27,422 nt of DNA, taken from IMG/VR virus record IMGVR_UViG_3300031577_000185, positions 1 to 27,422 of that record, one strand, 5' to 3'. The position numbers and the translations under genes were made by a program. Origin of the DNA: a virus. Lineage: Duplodnaviria; Caudoviricetes. The notes under the pieces were generated by a model that was not told the DNA's origin, did no database searches, and worked only from the letters and a program-made list of their open reading frames with translations. Of this stretch, positions 7,713 through 16,067 are shown piece after piece. The first letter of the stretch is position 1. Each line of letters begins with the position of its first letter.

Positions 7713-8908
7713 TGAATAAAATATTAGATCTGCGTGAGAAACGGGCGAAACTTTGGGATAGTACCAAGGCATTTTTAGACAGCCGCCGAAACGACAATGG
7801 ACTGTTATCCGCCGAAGATACATCAACCTATGAAAAAATGGAACAGGATGTAGTGAATCTAGGCAAAGAAATTGAACGCTTAGAACGGCAGGCTATTTTG
7901 GACCTGGAACTTTCCAAACCAACCACTCCGCCCATTACCAATCAGCCCAATGCAGTGCAGGAACCGGAAAAGCCAATTCGAGCTACCAAGGAATATACCC
8001 AAGCCTTCTGGACCGCGATGCGGAGTAAATCTAACTTTTCCGTACACAATGCGCTGCAAGTTGGTACTGATAGTGAAGGCGGTTACCTGGTGCCGGATGA
8101 ATTTGAACGTACGCTGTTGGAAGCTTTACAGGAAGAAAACTTGTTTCGGCAAATTGCTAAGGTCATTACCACTTCCTCCGGGGACAAAAAAATACCGGTA
8201 GTCGCATCAAAAGGCACAGCTTCCTGGGTGGAAGAAGAAGCTGTAATACCGGAATCAGATGATGCTTTTGGACAAGTATCCATTGGCGTATATAAACTAG
8301 CCACGCTGATTAAAGTTTCCGAGGAACTTCTAAACGACAACGTGTTTAATCTGGAGCAATATATTGCTAGAGAATTTGCTAGGCGTATGGGAGCTAAGGA
8401 AGAAGAAGCCTTCTTTGTTGGTGATGGCTCAGGAAAACCGACCGGCATCTTTCATAACACGGCTGGAGCCGGAGTTGGGGTTACGGCAGCCAGTACTACG
8501 ACCATTACGTTTGATGAAATTATGGATTTATACTATTCTCTAAAATCACCTTATCGGAAAAGTGCTGTGTTCGTAACCAATGACGCTACCGTTAAAGCTA
8601 TACGAAAACTTAAAGATGGGAACGGGCAGTATCTTTGGCAGCCATCAGTGACGGCAGGGGAGCCGGATACTTTGTTTAGCCGCCCGGTAAAAACCTCAGC
8701 CTATGTACCTTCCCTTGCAGCATCCGCCAAAGTTATCGCCTTTGGTGACTTTAGCTACTATTGGGTGGCCGACCGGCAGGGAAGAAGTTTCCAGCGATTG
8801 AATGAACTGTTTGCTGTAACCGGCCAAGTCGGTTTTAAAGCAACCCAGCGTGTAGATGGGAAACTTATTTTACCCGAAGCTATAAAAGTACTGCAAATGA
8901 AAGCGTAG
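7712..8908 (+). CDS. Major capsid protein, HK97 fold
   Basis: N-terminal coiled-coil scaffold region, EGGYLVPDEF, LKDGNGQYLWQP, FGDFSYY. Confidence 0.96.
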   Translation: MNKILDLREKRAKLWDSTKAFLDSRRNDNGLLSAEDTSTYEKMEQDVVNLGKEIERLERQAILDLELSKPTTPPITNQPNAVQEPEKPIRATKEYTQAFWTAMRSKSNFSVHNALQVGTDSEGGYLVPDEFERTLLEALQEENLFRQIAKVITTSSGDKKIPVVASKGTASWVEEEAVIPESDDAFGQVSIGVYKLATLIKVSEELLNDNVFNLEQYIAREFARRMGAKEEEAFFVGDGSGKPTGIFHNTAGAGVGVTAASTTTITFDEIMDLYYSLKSPYRKSAVFVTNDATVKAIRKLKDGNGQYLWQPSVTAGEPDTLFSRPVKTSAYVPSLAASAKVIAFGDFSYYWVADRQGRSFQRLNELFAVTGQVGFKATQRVDGKLILPEAIKVLQMKA

Positions 8909-8915
8909 GTGTGGA

Positions 8916-9143
8916 ATGAGGCTGACAAAAAACTACTCTGATCAAGGTGGGGACAGATGGGTAGTCCGTGGTATTATTGAAATTACACCTGAAGGAGTGA
9001 TCTTGCTAAATGGAACACCACTAACAAGCGCGAGCTTTCAGGAAAAGAGCAGCGCAAGCACGGTGGAAGAATTGAAAGTCGACTTTAATGCGCTCCTGCA
9101 AAAATTGCAAGCGGCGGGGCTGATGAACAAGGCACAGGAGTAA
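8916..9143 (+). CDS. Head fibre / decoration-like protein
   Basis: Located right after the capsid gene; C-terminal STVEELKVDFNALLQKLQAAGLM typical of head-fibre proteins. Confidence 0.7.
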   Translation: MRLTKNYSDQGGDRWVVRGIIEITPEGVILLNGTPLTSASFQEKSSASTVEELKVDFNALLQKLQAAGLMNKAQE

Positions 9144-9146
9144 CTA

Positions 9147-9404
9147 ATGTTACAATTAGATGAAGTAAAAGAATACCTACGTATTGACGGCGAGGAGGAA
9201 GATATCCTTCTCGCTAATTTTATAGCGGTGGCCAAGGCACATTGTGAAGACTACCTACAAATTGCCTTACAAGAGGAATTTCCCTTGCCAGTCAAGCAGG
9301 CCATGCTTATTCTTATTGGTCATTTTTATGAACAAAGGATTGGCGAAGCTATCCCGAAAGTGGTATACACGCTTCTTTCGCCGTATAGGATGCACCAATG
9401 GTAG
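9147..9404 (+). CDS. Head-tail connector (HK97 gp6-like)
   Basis: LDEVKEYLRID, KQAMLILIGHFYEQR, LLSPYR. Confidence 0.92.
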   Translation: MLQLDEVKEYLRIDGEEEDILLANFIAVAKAHCEDYLQIALQEEFPLPVKQAMLILIGHFYEQRIGEAIPKVVYTLLSPYRMHQW

Positions 9405-9448
9405 GTGTTAGATGAAGAATTAGCCAATATAGATCGGGTGTTATATGC

Positions 9449-9511
9449 TTGCTATTTGTAGTAATTTCAACTAGAATTAAGTTAGAAAGTTAAACATTCA
9501 AACTTAATTCT
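9449..9511 (+). promoter_or_regulatory. Promoter and inverted-repeat operator of the AbrB-RelE module
   Basis: TTGCTA-17 bp-TAGAAT; perfect 11-bp inverted repeat agaattaagtt (9473-9483) / aacttaattct (9501-9511) overlapping the -10. Confidence 0.65.
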
Positions 9512-9524
9512 GGAGGCGTGTGGA

Positions 9525-9803
9525 ATGCTTGTTGAATTGAAACGAAAATCACAAGTGACAATTCCCGTTGAGTTGTTAAAAAAGATGAAGTTGAAACCTG
9601 GAGATAAATTGGATATTGAGGAAAGAGAAGGACGGTTGGTTATTACGCCGGTCGTGGTTATTCCCCGTGATCAACTATGGTATTATTCGAAAGAATGGCA
9701 AAAAGATGAATTGGAAGCGGAGCAACAGATTAATGATGGCAAGGTAAAACTGGCAAAAAACAAAGACGAACTTTTTAAGGGACTTGGTTTGGATGAACTA
9801 TGA
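9525..9803 (+). CDS. AbrB/MazE/SpoVT-family antitoxin
   Basis: KSQVTIPVELLKKMKLKPGDKL swapped-hairpin signature with an acidic C-terminus; ATGA overlap with the next gene. Confidence 0.88.
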   Translation: MLVELKRKSQVTIPVELLKKMKLKPGDKLDIEEREGRLVITPVVVIPRDQLWYYSKEWQKDELEAEQQINDGKVKLAKNKDELFKGLGLDEL

Positions 9804-10060
9804 ATATTTACTATACCGAGCTTTTTAGGGAAAAAGTTAAAGTATTGCCAGTAGAAATTAAGAAAGCGCTGAAAACCAAGCTAGAGTTGATGGTAGAAAA
9901 TCCGCGACATCCTTCGTTACGTACAAAAAAGATTCAAGGCCAGGAAGGGTTATTTGAAGCCAGTGTCACTATGGGGATTCGCATGACGTGGCAATATACC
10001 GATGACGGTGTATTGCTCCGCAATATTGGTGAGCATGACAAAACATTAAAAAATCCATAA
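9800..10060 (+). CDS. RelE/ParE-superfamily toxin (putative mRNA interferase)
   Basis: 86 aa, YTELF, NPRHPSLRTKKIQG, IGEHD motifs; coupled to the AbrB gene. Confidence 0.83.
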   Translation: MNIYYTELFREKVKVLPVEIKKALKTKLELMVENPRHPSLRTKKIQGQEGLFEASVTMGIRMTWQYTDDGVLLRNIGEHDKTLKNP

Positions 10061-10069
10061 TAGTATGTG

Positions 10070-10100
10070 GCCTGCAGTTTTCTACTGCGGGTTTTTTATT
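10070..10100 (+). terminator. Rho-independent terminator closing the TA moron
   Basis: gcctgcagt-tttct-actgcgggt followed by a T run. Confidence 0.8.
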
Positions 10101-10125
10101 TGCACAGAAACAAGGGGAGAGATGT

Positions 10126-10479
10126 TTGAACCCAGGAGAACTCAATCGCCGGATAAGTTTACATCAGCAAACCAAAGAGCCGGACGGTCAAGGCGGATTT
10201 CAGACCACCTATGTACAAAAAGCTATTATATGGGCTAAGATTACGACTCGGACCGCAACCATGAAGGATCAGTACGAAGCGATGGTGCCTGAAATTGTGC
10301 AGCAGATTATCATTCGGTATCGCCGGGATATAGTGGTAACCGACAGACTGGAATATAAAAATCGTATCTTTGAACAAATTGGGCCGCCTGTTGATGAAGG
10401 AGAGAAAAAAGCGTATCTTCGACTCACGTGCCGGGAGGTAGTAATTGATGCAGATAGCGATTCGGGTTACGGGTATTGA
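10126..10479 (+). CDS. Head closure protein (SPP1 gp16-like head-tail adaptor)
   Basis: MNPGELNRRISL, DGQGG, WAKI, IIIRYRRDI. Confidence 0.9.
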   Translation: MNPGELNRRISLHQQTKEPDGQGGFQTTYVQKAIIWAKITTRTATMKDQYEAMVPEIVQQIIIRYRRDIVVTDRLEYKNRIFEQIGPPVDEGEKKAYLRLTCREVVIDADSDSGYGY

Positions 10480-10810
10480 TAAATGTCTTACGTTTGGCAA
10501 CTTAGTTGCCGGGAATGTGAGCCTAACAATCGAAAAAGAAGCAGAACTTGGGGCAAAAGAAATTCGAAAGCGTGAGCGGGCATTGGCTCCGGTAAAGTCG
10601 GGTGGATTAAGAAAAAGTATTGTTTCGCAAAAAGGGAAATATGGCATTAGTCGCATGGTTCGGGCGAAAGCACCCCATGCACCGCTCCAGGAGTATGGAA
10701 CCAAGCGAGGTGTGAAAGCCAAACATTTCGCGGAAAAAGCCAGAGAAGAACTACTTCCTGGGATTGAAGAAAAAATAAAGGCCGCTGTCCGGCGAGAGGT
10801 GAATCCATGA
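10448..10810 (+). CDS. HK97 gp10-family neck/tail component
   Basis: APVKSGGLRKSI and APLQEYGT motifs; position. Confidence 0.85.
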   Translation: MQIAIRVTGIDKCLTFGNLVAGNVSLTIEKEAELGAKEIRKRERALAPVKSGGLRKSIVSQKGKYGISRMVRAKAPHAPLQEYGTKRGVKAKHFAEKAREELLPGIEEKIKAAVRREVNP

Positions 10811-11202
10811 TCCGGTCACCCGTATCTCCGTTAAATAAAGCAATATATGAACGGCTGAAATCCGCTATGAAAGTTGCGGTATATGACGCAGTACCGGTTG
10901 GCAAGAAAGCGCCCTTTGTGGTGTTAACCGATACTGCGGCCCAAAGCTGGAATACGAAAACCCTATCTGGAGCATTGGTAAATGCGACAATTAAGGTAAT
11001 TAGCGAGTATCAAGGCGATAAAGAAGTGGCGGAATTAGCCGATCAGGCTATTTCCGCCATTATGCACCCTAAGCTGCTTGTAAGTGATAATTGGCAGATC
11101 GTACAGAGTGCGATCGACAGCCATACAGTGGAACGTTACGAAATACATCGAGAAGCTACTATTATTTTTAAATTGACTATGATTGACATCAAGGAGGGAT
11201 GA
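10807..11202 (+). CDS. Tail completion/terminator protein (DUF3168-like)
   Basis: AIYERL..VYDAVP...PFVVL; position before the major tail protein. Confidence 0.78.
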   Translation: MIRSPVSPLNKAIYERLKSAMKVAVYDAVPVGKKAPFVVLTDTAAQSWNTKTLSGALVNATIKVISEYQGDKEVAELADQAISAIMHPKLLVSDNWQIVQSAIDSHTVERYEIHREATIIFKLTMIDIKEG

Positions 11203-11203
11203 A

Positions 11204-11992
11204 ATGCCCTTACTTCCTAGCGATGGTGTAGACTTTTTACTCAAGGTCAACACCGGAACGGCAGAAAATCCGGTTTGGATTATTATTGGAGGACAGCGTG
11301 GTGCCACACTCAGCATGACGGCGGCGGTTATTGATGCCAGTAACAAGTTATCCGGCGCTTGGACAACCAGTGTTCCCGGACTTATGAGCTGGAGCCTGGA
11401 TGCTGATGCCGTTATGCTGACTGATGTGGCTGGGCTAACCGTGGAAGCCGCCCGGCAACAGTTACTGTCGTGCTTCTATAACCGAACCTTAGTGCATGTC
11501 CGGTATGTACGCAAAGATGGCAGTAAGTTTCAAGGCTATGCGGCTATCACGGATTTATCTGAAGAAGCCCCGCATGATGGGGTAGCCACCTATAAGATAA
11601 AGCTCGATGGCAGTGGTGCTCCGGAAGAAGTAAATGGGATGAAACAAGTAGAAACGTTAGTTGTAAGCGGTACGGTTACAACTGCAGGTAATGCCACACT
11701 TACTATTACTGCAGCGGGATTAAGTGGATCGCCGAAAACCTTGAGTGTGGCCGTGGCCCAGAACGATTCGGCAGCCGTAGTGGCGCAAAAAGTACGGGAA
11801 GCGTTAAGCGTAGATAGTGGCGTAGCTGCTCTTTTTGATACTAGCGGCGTGGGAGCTGCGGTTATTCTAACCCGGAAAATAGCGGCGGCTAATGATTCAA
11901 CGCTAAATATTGCCATAGCCAATGGCACCTGTGTAGGCCTTATTGCTGTTCCCGTATCAAGCGATACGACGCCAGGAGTTGCCCCGGTATAG
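11204..11992 (+). CDS. Major tail tube protein (TP901-1 type) with a C-terminal accessory domain
   Basis: GVDFLLKV, IGGQRGATLS, IDASNK, GLMSWSLDAD, EAPHDGVATY; extra Ala/Thr/Val-rich domain after about residue 147. Confidence 0.9.
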   Translation: MPLLPSDGVDFLLKVNTGTAENPVWIIIGGQRGATLSMTAAVIDASNKLSGAWTTSVPGLMSWSLDADAVMLTDVAGLTVEAARQQLLSCFYNRTLVHVRYVRKDGSKFQGYAAITDLSEEAPHDGVATYKIKLDGSGAPEEVNGMKQVETLVVSGTVTTAGNATLTITAAGLSGSPKTLSVAVAQNDSAAVVAQKVREALSVDSGVAALFDTSGVGAAVILTRKIAAANDSTLNIAIANGTCVGLIAVPVSSDTTPGVAPV

Positions 11993-11998
11993 TAAGAG

Positions 11999-12028
11999 TA
12001 AGTGTATTTTCCATGCACTTATTTTTTT
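11999..12028 (+). terminator. Terminator after the major tail gene
   Basis: taagtgtat-tttcc-atgcactta followed by T7. Confidence 0.7.
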
Positions 12029-12059
12029 ATCTTTATATAAATAAGAGGAGGCTTAGTAA

Positions 12060-12431
12060 ATGACAGGGTCTGTATATATCGCGATTGGCGGTAAAGAACG
12101 AAAACTTCGTTATGATATTAATGCGGCGGCAGACATGGAAGAACTTATGGGCGGGAAATCGCTGTTGTATGTACTGGGGAATCCGATGGCAGCAGGTTTT
12201 TCTGCGATCCGGGTGCTTTTGTGGGGTGGCTTAAAACATGCCGAGAAGGGCTTGACCCTGCAGCGGGTTGGGCTAATGATGCAAGAGTATTTGGAAACCG
12301 GTGGGACCTTAGAGAACCTTGCCGTTAAAATTGGCGAAGCGGTTAGAAAGTCCAAGATCTTGGGCGAAGAAATGGAAACAGAAAGCGAAGAAATGAGCGG
12401 TGACCTGGGAAACGAGGCTCAGCCACAGTAA
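12060..12431 (+). CDS. Tail assembly chaperone (lambda gpG analogue)
   Basis: Between major tail and tape measure genes; IGGKERKLRYDINA; slippery site near the 3' end. Confidence 0.85.
   Translation: MTGSVYIAIGGKERKLRYDINAAADMEELMGGKSLLYVLGNPMAAGFSAIRVLLWGGLKHAEKGLTLQRVGLMMQEYLETGGTLENLAVKIGEAVRKSKILGEEMETESEEMSGDLGNEAQPQ
12407..12413 (+). other. Programmed -1 ribosomal frameshift site G GGA AAC
   Basis: XXXYYYZ heptamer in the correct phase (codons GGA 12408, AAC 12411); the -1 frame is open and continuous with the 12449-12742 ORF. Confidence 0.85.
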
Positions 12432-12742
12432 CCGAGTGGCTGAGCCGGATGACTCCTATTGCTTACGGAGCGTTGGCGCTCAAACCTTGGGAGTTTGGGC
12501 GGCTTACGCCGGGAGAGTTCCAAGAATTAGTGGAAGGGTACCTTTGGCGGACACAAGAACGGCAAATAGAGGCGGCTAGATTTGTTGCGCCAATTATTAA
12601 TACCTGTACTTCGTATGAACTCAAACGGCCTGTTACTGTGGAAATGCTGTTAGGAAAAGATCCTAAAACAAAAGAGCATAGCGAAAAAACACAGGGTGAA
12701 GTAAAGACAGAACTAGCGAAATTGGTTGCAGAAGTGGGGTGA
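12407..12742 (+). CDS. Tail assembly chaperone frameshift extension (gpGT analogue, C-terminal part)
   Basis: LKPWEFGRLTPGEF motif; no clear SD before ATG 12449; reachable by -1 slip. Confidence 0.8.
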   Translation, partial: GKRGSATVTEWLSRMTPIAYGALALKPWEFGRLTPGEFQELVEGYLWRTQERQIEAARFVAPIINTCTSYELKRPVTVEMLLGKDPKTKEHSEKTQGEVKTELAKLVAEVG

Positions 12743-12746
12743 ATGG

Positions 12747-15458
12747 GTGGCGGGCAATGCTTCCATGACCATCTTCATTGGTGGAGATAACTCGGATTTT
12801 CTTAAAAAGTGGGAAAGTACGAAACGCGCCATGCGAAAGGGCTTCGGCTCTGAGGCCATGGCGATGTCGGAAAGCGTAGTTACCGGCTTTGGCGCGGCGG
12901 CAGTGGCCATGGGAGCTTTAGGATTAGCCAGTATAAAGCTGGCCGGAGACATGCAAGCCAATAAAAGAGTGTTTACTACGCTTTTAGGAGACAGTCAGCA
13001 GGCCGAGGTGTTCCTAGGAGATTTAGCAAAGTTTGCCGCTCAAACCCCGTTTGAACTTCCCGGACTCGTAACCGCATCTAAGAAACTTTTGGCTTTTGGC
13101 TTTGCCGCCCAAGACATTCTGCCGATAATGGCTGCGTTAGGAGACGGTGCTGCCATGCTTGGGCTTGGCGAAGAAGGCGTCAATCGAATGACTCTTGCCA
13201 TTGGCCAGATGCAGGCAAAAGGGAAAGTCTCCGCGGAAGAAATGATGCAATTGGCTGAGGCTGGAGTTCCTGTCTGGCGGTATCTTGCGGAGGCAATTGG
13301 AACAGATATTCCTACGGCCATGAAGCTGGCGGAAAATGGAGCGATTGACAGTACCACCGGGATTAATGCGGTGCTGAGTGGAATGCAGAGCAATTTCAAA
13401 GGTGGAATGGCCGGACTATCCCAAGAAATCCCCGGCCTGTTCAGTACAATAAAAGACAATGTAAATGCTGTTCTGCGTGAAATGGGCGACCAATTGATTA
13501 GTGTGCTGGATATTAAATCGCGTATGCAGAATTTAGCCACCTACCTTGACCAATTTACGGGGTATATAAAAGGGAGCGGAGTGAATGCCGCCTTACGGGA
13601 ATTGATACCTAAAGAATTGTCGCTGGCCATATTTGTTGTGGCTGGTGCCTTGACTGCTGCCGCTATTCCGGCCCTTGTTTCTTTTGCCATTGCTGCTTGG
13701 ACCGCAATTGCGCCATTAGCTCCGTTTATTGCGGGTGGCGCGGCTCTTGGAGCGGTAGCTTGGGTGATCTGGCAAGCCTGGGAGCCATTAGGTGGTTTGT
13801 TTGCCAATACCTGGACCGGGGTGGTTAGTTATACCGTACAAAAATGGGCGGAACTCAAAAGTGTGGTATATAGCGGCGTGGAGAAGGTATTAGCGGCGAT
13901 TATGCCGCTCCTTAATCTCTTTGGCGGCGGCATTCAACAAGCTACCGCTGGCTGGCTGCAAAGTGTTTCTGAAGGTGCGGCGACTGCAGGAGAAGAAGCG
14001 ATTGCGGCATCCGAGCAGGCACGACAAGCCGCTAATGGTATTAGCACGGCTTGGAATGGTATTGGTAATAAAATTACTTCCGGCGTTGAGGGCCTAAAGG
14101 AAAGTATTAGCGGCTTATCTACGACTTTTACTGGATTGAGTGGCAGTGGGAAATCTGTCGTTCCCGTTAATACTGGTGCTGGTAGTGGAAAGAGTACCTG
14201 GGATAAACTGAAAGACAAAGCGGAGCAAGTAACTAAAGAAATTCGAAGCCAATGGATACAAACCACCAAAACGGAACTCGAACAGCTGGATATTTGGAAA
14301 GCAGAACAAATGGCTGCCTTGGAAGAAACCAAGGCAGCCAATGAAACCTATCAGCAAGATGTAACTCGACTGGAAGCTGTATATTCTGTGCGCCGTCGTA
14401 AGATTATGGAGGAAGAAGTAAAGAAACGAAACAGCATCTGGGATGAGGCAGCAGATACGGCGCGTTCTTTAGGTGTTAAGTTAGGCGCTATCGGTAAAAC
14501 AGGGGTGGTAAAAGAAAAATTCGATCTTGAAACTGAGGCTGTGGCACAAATAGAGGCGGTTCAGCGTAAATATCGGAATTGGACAGCAGAGTTTGCTAGT
14601 GCTACCCAACTAGAGCAGGAAGAGTTCTGTAAAGCCTGGCAGGCCAATGGGATTCAGTTTGAAGTTGCGGCGGATGGTATGGTGAGCTTTTCGCGGCAGG
14701 TTGCAGCAGAGCAAGTAGCCATTGAAGCTGAGAAAAACCAAAAATTGAAAGACTTGCATTATGACCGGGTGAAATTCCAAGAAGAGTTGGAAGAGGCCAA
14801 CAAAGATGGCGACATTGACCGGTATCTTCAGCTTCTAATGGAAAAGCAAGCGTTAGAGGCACAAAACCTGGCGGGACGGCAGGAATATTTAGACACCTAT
14901 TATGAGATGTGGAAAAACGCACACCGTTCGGCGATGAGCTATATGGCTGAATCCATGAGTGGACTCTATAGTGGATTTCAAGGCTTTTTTAGTGATATCC
15001 TTACCGGTACAAAGTCTATTGGGGATGCTTGGCAGGACTTAGGCAGTAAAATTATGAAAATCATCGCCGATATGGCGGCCCAGTGGGTAGCCAGCCGCTT
15101 GGTCCTATCCGTATTTACCGGAGTAAGTGGGAGTACTAAAGGATTGTCACCTAATACATCAACACCAAGCAGTTTCAACACTTTTGCTGCAAGTTTACCG
15201 GCAAGAGCCGCCGGTGGTCCGGTGTCTGCCGGAACGCTATATAAAGTGAATGAGCTTGGCATGGAAACTTTTGTGCCTGCTGTTGATGGGTATATCTTAA
15301 ATGCAAAACAAACCAGTCAGACAAAAGCATCGCAAGGAGCAACTCCAACTATTATTATGAACATTACCACACCGGACGCGCATTCCTTTCGGCAGTCCCA
15401 AGGGCAGATATTAGCCAGTATGAATATGGCTCTAGCGCAAGGCAGACGGAATTTATGA
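12747..15458 (+). CDS. Tape measure protein
   Basis: About 900 aa, Ala/Gly-rich; FAAQTPFELP and GQMQAKGKVSAEEMMQLAEAG tape-measure domain; hydrophobic mid-segment; C-terminal RAAGGPV. Confidence 0.95.
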   Translation: MAGNASMTIFIGGDNSDFLKKWESTKRAMRKGFGSEAMAMSESVVTGFGAAAVAMGALGLASIKLAGDMQANKRVFTTLLGDSQQAEVFLGDLAKFAAQTPFELPGLVTASKKLLAFGFAAQDILPIMAALGDGAAMLGLGEEGVNRMTLAIGQMQAKGKVSAEEMMQLAEAGVPVWRYLAEAIGTDIPTAMKLAENGAIDSTTGINAVLSGMQSNFKGGMAGLSQEIPGLFSTIKDNVNAVLREMGDQLISVLDIKSRMQNLATYLDQFTGYIKGSGVNAALRELIPKELSLAIFVVAGALTAAAIPALVSFAIAAWTAIAPLAPFIAGGAALGAVAWVIWQAWEPLGGLFANTWTGVVSYTVQKWAELKSVVYSGVEKVLAAIMPLLNLFGGGIQQATAGWLQSVSEGAATAGEEAIAASEQARQAANGISTAWNGIGNKITSGVEGLKESISGLSTTFTGLSGSGKSVVPVNTGAGSGKSTWDKLKDKAEQVTKEIRSQWIQTTKTELEQLDIWKAEQMAALEETKAANETYQQDVTRLEAVYSVRRRKIMEEEVKKRNSIWDEAADTARSLGVKLGAIGKTGVVKEKFDLETEAVAQIEAVQRKYRNWTAEFASATQLEQEEFCKAWQANGIQFEVAADGMVSFSRQVAAEQVAIEAEKNQKLKDLHYDRVKFQEELEEANKDGDIDRYLQLLMEKQALEAQNLAGRQEYLDTYYEMWKNAHRSAMSYMAESMSGLYSGFQGFFSDILTGTKSIGDAWQDLGSKIMKIIADMAAQWVASRLVLSVFTGVSGSTKGLSPNTSTPSSFNTFAASLPARAAGGPVSAGTLYKVNELGMETFVPAVDGYILNAKQTSQTKASQGATPTIIMNITTPDAHSFRQSQGQILASMNMALAQGRRNL

Positions 15459-16057
15459 GCAGCTTTCATGAAGTGCAGTTTCCGCCGGATATATCGTTTG
15501 GTTCTACAGGCGGCCCCGGTTATTCGACCGGGGTCGTTACTACATCCAGTGGCGGAGAACAGCGCAATCAGAACTGGGCGCAAGCCCGCTGCAAATATAA
15601 CGTTGCGCATGGGGTGAAGAACCAAAAGCAATTGGATATATTAATTGCCTTTTTTCGAGCCAGAAGAGGTAAGGCTTATGGGTTTCGCTTTAAGGATTGG
15701 GCAGATTTTACGGGGGTAAAACAAAGCTGTAGTGTTTTTGGCAGCGGACCGCCTTTAGTGTATCAAATGCAAAAAACGTATACTGATGCAGCAGGCTATA
15801 CTGAAGTGCGAACTATTTATAAACCGGTTGTAGGCACTGTTAAGGTTTATATCAACGGGTCGCTGCAAACCGATGGTTATACTGTGGACTATGCAACAGG
15901 GAGAATTACCTTTGTGGAGGTTCCTTCAGGCGCGGTAACCGCAGATTTTGAATTTGATATTCCTTGCCGTTTTGATACCGATGAAATGCCGATTAATATT
16001 GATAATTGGAGTAGTTATTCTTGGTCTGGGATTAGCGTGATTGAAATAAAGGTTTGA
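15455..16057 (+). CDS. Distal tail protein, DUF2460/TIGR02217 (RcGTA g12-like)
   Basis: FHEVQFPPDISFGSTGGP, GGEQRNQNW, FFRARRGKAYGFRFKDWADF, FEFDIPCRFDTD. Confidence 0.9.
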   Translation: MSSFHEVQFPPDISFGSTGGPGYSTGVVTTSSGGEQRNQNWAQARCKYNVAHGVKNQKQLDILIAFFRARRGKAYGFRFKDWADFTGVKQSCSVFGSGPPLVYQMQKTYTDAAGYTEVRTIYKPVVGTVKVYINGSLQTDGYTVDYATGRITFVEVPSGAVTADFEFDIPCRFDTDEMPINIDNWSSYSWSGISVIEIKV

Positions 16058-16067
16058 GGAGGACAGC

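Noticed and set aside
10159-15631. Long minus-strand ORFs (e.g. 10159-10722, 11590-12018, 13040-13540, 13934-14341)
   Set aside because: They lie antisense to well-supported phage genes, with no motifs or SD sequences; treated as shadow ORFs
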